A DNA stretch of 37,559 nucleotides, from assembly GCF_004010195.1 (NCBI RefSeq), contig NC_057750.1, forward strand, positions 1,857,824 through 1,895,382, written 5' to 3'. Within the stretch, counting starts at the first letter, position 1. Every line of letters starts with the position of its first letter. Below the pieces are notes generated by a model, which saw only the letters and a program-made list of their open reading frames with translations, was not told the DNA's origin and searched no databases. This DNA comes from Chiloscyllium plagiosum (lineage: Eukaryota). The translations under genes and the position numbers were made by a program. Shown in pieces: positions 34,498-37,559 of this stretch.

Positions 34498-35990
34498 TCA
34501 TAGAACAGAACAGCGCAGTACAGGCCCTTCTGCCCTCGATATTGTGCCGACATTTTATCCTACTCTAACATCAAACTAACCAACATACCCATCAACCATG
34601 TGCCTTTCCAACAGTCATTTAAATGTCCTTAATGTATCTGACTCTTCTACCACCGCGGGCAGTGCATTCCACGCACCCACCACTCTCTGTGTAAAGAACC
34701 CACCTCTGACATCTCCCCTAAATCTTCCTCCGATCACCTTAAAATGATGCCCTCTCATTTCCGCCATGGAAATCCACTCCACTCTATCTGTGCCTCTCAT
34801 CATCTTGTACACCTTTATCAAGTCACTTCTCATCCTTCTTCGCTCCAATGAGAAAAGCCCGTGCTCCCTCAACCTCTCTTCATCAGACATGCCCTCCAGC
34901 CCAGGCAGCATCTTGGTAAATCTCCTCTGCACCCTCTCGAAAGCTTCCACATCCTTCCTATAATGAGGCAACCAGAACTGAACACAATATCCCATGTGTG
35001 GTCTAACCAGGGCTCTAGAGAGCTGCAGCATAACCTCGCAGCTCTTAAATTCAATTTCCCTGCTGAAGAAAGCCAACACATCATACACCTTCTTAACAAC
35101 CCTATCAACCTGGACAGCAACTTTGAGTGATCTGTGGACATGGACTCCAAGATCCCTCTGTTCCTCTACACTGCCAAGAATCCTACCTTTAACCCTGTAT
35201 TCTGCATTCAAACTCGACCTTCCAAAATGAATCACTTCACACTTTTCCAGGTTGAACTCCATCTGCCACTTCTCAGCCCAGCTCTGTATCCTGTCAATGT
35301 CCCACTGCAACCTACAACAGCCCTCCACACTTTCCACAACTCCACCAACCTTCTTGTCACCAGCAATCTTACTAACCCACCCTTCCACTTCCTCATCCAA
35401 CTCATTTATAAGAATCACAAAGAGCAGAGGTCCCAAAACAGATCTCAGCAAAACACCACTGGTCATCGAGCTCTGTCTTCTATGGACCAGCCAATTCAGT
35501 ATCCAGACAGCCAGATATCCCTGTATCCCATTCCTCCTTACTTTCTGAATGAGCAAACCATGGAGAACCTTATCAAACAGCTTGCTAAAATTCAAGTACA
35601 CCACATTCACTGCTCTACCTTCATCAACATGTTTTGTCACATCCTCAGAGAATTCAATAAGGCCTGTGTTCAAAGTTTGTGAGAAGATTTGTAGCTCGGG
35701 TGCTCATTGTTGTGGTTCTGTTTGCCGAGCTGGGAATTTGTGTTGCAGACGTTTCGTCCCCTGTCTAGGTGACATCCTCAGTGCTTGTCACAGAAGCGCT
35801 TCACAGGAGGCTCCCAAACACTGAGGATGTCACCTAGACAGGGGACGAAACGTCTGCAACACAAATTCCCAGCTCGGCAAACAGAACCACAACAATAACA
35901 CCTGTGTTGCATGACCTGCCCCTCAGAAAGCCATGCTGACCGTCTCTAATCACACTATGCTTTTCCAAATAATCATAAATCCTGTCTTTC
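34498..35990 (-). mobile_element. CR1 LINE 3' portion in the mrps12 intron, interrupted at 35671-35900
   Basis: The 352-aa ORF at 34615-35673 is RT to C-terminus with degenerate motifs (FSKLFDKV, GVLLRSVLGP, KIAGDKK in place of FADDTK). Homology resumes after 35900 (GCATGACCTGCCCCTCAGAAAGCCATGCTG). Confidence 0.92.
35671..35900. mobile_element. 230-bp non-coding fold-back derivative of Penelope-like family A, with a hammerhead motif on each strand
   Basis: 82-bp inverted arms (35706-35787, 35815-35896; one mismatch), a 27-nt spacer, a 35-nt unpaired extension, and flanking duplication CCTGTGTT (35663-35670, 35901-35908). Hammerhead motifs at 35745-35784 (-) and 35818-35857 (+). Confidence 0.9.
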
Positions 35991-36482
35991 ATCTTTTAAT
36001 AATAATTTAAAATGACCTTAATTAGCCACTATTCTATTTGTGACACTGATTACTGGGATTCACACCGACAGGAGAGAGATACTAGTGTAGGAACAAATCT
36101 ATTTACAGATTACTCCGTTTCCTCTCCATTCCACATACTCATCCATTGCTCATCAGGTGGAACCTACAAATGGCATCAGATGGTGGCAGACTTAACAAGA
36201 GAACTTTGCTCTTTTTACCCACTCTGGACATCCAAAGGTGCTTTACTACTCGTGAAGAAGCTTCTTAGGTAATGGTATGAGGAACAGATCAGGTATGACA
36301 ACGTAAATACGGAAGAGCAAGTGAATGATCATGGAGTAAGGTTCCTTCCACTCTGAGAATAGCAGCAGACTGTTGGCAGTATGGTTTGAGGTGATGATGC
36401 AACTTCTCATATCTCAGGGGGTGAGATGGAGTTTGTAACAGAGAATGGGAATGTCTTGCAGATGGCCTTGTAACAAATGGTT

Positions 36483-36808
36483 GGGGCGACATGGGGCGCA
36501 GTGGTTAGCACTGCTGCCTCCCAGTGCCAGGGACCTGGGTTCGATTCCACCCTCAGGCGACTGTGTAGAGTTTCACATTCTCCCCGTGTTTGTGTGGGTT
36601 TTCTCCCTACTGTCCAAAGATGTGCAGATTAGGAGGATTGGCCAAGAGAAATTGCCCATAGTATTTCAGGAGATATAGGCTAGGTGCATTAGCCATGGGA
36701 AAATGTATAGTTACAGGGAAAAGGTAGGGGAATGGGTCTTAGAGGGATGCTCTTCAGAGGGTCAATGTGGACCAAATGGCCTGTTTCCACACTGTAGAGA
36801 TTCTGTGA
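36483..36808 (+). mobile_element. HE1-like tRNA-derived SINE, full length
   Basis: A-box-like GGGCGCAGTGG, B box GGTTCGATTCC, and tail GGCCTGTTTCCACACTGTAGAGATTCTGTG. Confidence 0.9.
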
Positions 36809-37361
36809 CTGGGCAGAGGCACAACAGTATGAAGTGCTCTGCTCCAAACTAGTGCTGGACAGGCAAACTGCTTTAACATCTGTGACACAACCTGAGTCTG
36901 AGAGTTCAGGAACATTTTGCACCCCCTTGACCCAGAGAGATGATAGAGAAAGGAGGTTGGTCAACTGTACGAAAGATTGGGAAACACTGAAACTGATTAA
37001 CCAGTGCTAAATCTCAGAATGGTTACAGAGAAAGAGGGCATTTGGCCTATTCAGTCTGAGCTGGCTGTCTTGGGGGAGGAGACTCACTGAGTGCCACTCC
37101 ATTGCCTTTCTCCATTCTTCCTTTTCAGATAATGATAAATTCCCTGTTGAAAGCCTCAAGTGAAACTGCCTTTTCAGCAGAGCCTCTGGCAGCACATGCT
37201 AAGCACAATGCTACCATTGCTTCTTTTGTCAAATGTTCCAATCCCCAATGCACACATAATAAATTCCTCATTACAGCGATATTCTCCTTCTAATTATTCT
37301 CCCCCTTATTTCTGCTGATAGACCCGATTCCTGTGTTCCACAAATAGGATCCCTGTTCAAC

Positions 37362-37559
37362 AGAGGAGAAAGTGAGGTCTGCAGATGCTGGAGATCAGAG
37401 CTGAAAATGTGTTGCTGGAAAAGCGCAGCAGGTCAGGCAGCATCCAGGGAACAGGAGAATCGACGTTTCGGGCATAAGCCCTTCTTCAGGAATGAGGAAA
37501 GTGTGTCCAACAGGCTAAGATAAAAATCTATTGCATCCTCTGCACCCGATGTGGCCTCC
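37362..37559. mobile_element. Penelope-like family B element with a strand switch; runs off the window
   Basis: Much of 37362-37525 is the reverse complement of the terminus at 26720-26847. From 37526 the + strand encodes IYCILCTRCGL, which resembles the start of a GIY-YIG motif. Confidence 0.8.
37458..37493 (-). ncRNA. Minimal hammerhead ribozyme motif (family B), core intact
   Basis: Minus strand ATTC-CTGAAGA-A-GGGC-TTAT-GCCC-GAAAC-GTC-GATT: perfect 4-bp stem II, palindromic ACGT and a GUC site; stem I is weak. Confidence 0.7.

Noticed and set aside
34615..35673. 352-aa RT-like ORF as a functional gene
   Set aside because: The catalytic motif is lost (IAGD in place of FADD), there are internal deletions, and the 5' part is cut by an insertion.
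36483..36555. tRNA gene
   Set aside because: The A/B boxes belong to a SINE head that continues into the HE1-like body; the same applies at ~17210-17279 and ~30795-30862.
36815..36880. Minus-strand MLKQFACPALVWSRALHT as the first coding exon of mrps12
   Set aside because: It looks like a presequence, but no phase-1 GT donor follows.

Overview
Vertebrate nuclear DNA, very probably from a shark (inferred from HE1-type tRNA-derived SINEs and abundant CR1 and Penelope-like retroelements). Two convergent host genes are supported. (1) A SOCS4/5-subfamily gene with its whole CDS in one exon (21508-22815, +; SH2 + SOCS box), most likely socs9/socs5b, the third paralogue of this subfamily. It has a probable non-coding exon 1 in a CpG island that is fused to a 62-bp GC-rich minisatellite, and two uORFs in its leader. 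(2) The last coding exon of mrps12 (33576-34012, -). The first ~6 kb lacks recognisable repeats and looks like the long 3' UTR of an upstream + strand gene. The rest is mostly retroelement debris: a near full-length but dead CR1 LINE with an esterase ORF1, many CR1 3' fragments, SINEs, a 44-bp minisatellite, two assembly gaps, and at least three Penelope-like families. Those families carry minimal hammerhead-ribozyme motifs and repeatedly form fold-back elements. I found no clearly new biological system. The best leads are the hammerhead-bearing fold-back mini-elements, the promoter minisatellite and uORFs of the SOCS gene, and the identity of that gene. No searches were run; family names come from recognising motifs, and repeat boundaries are approximate.
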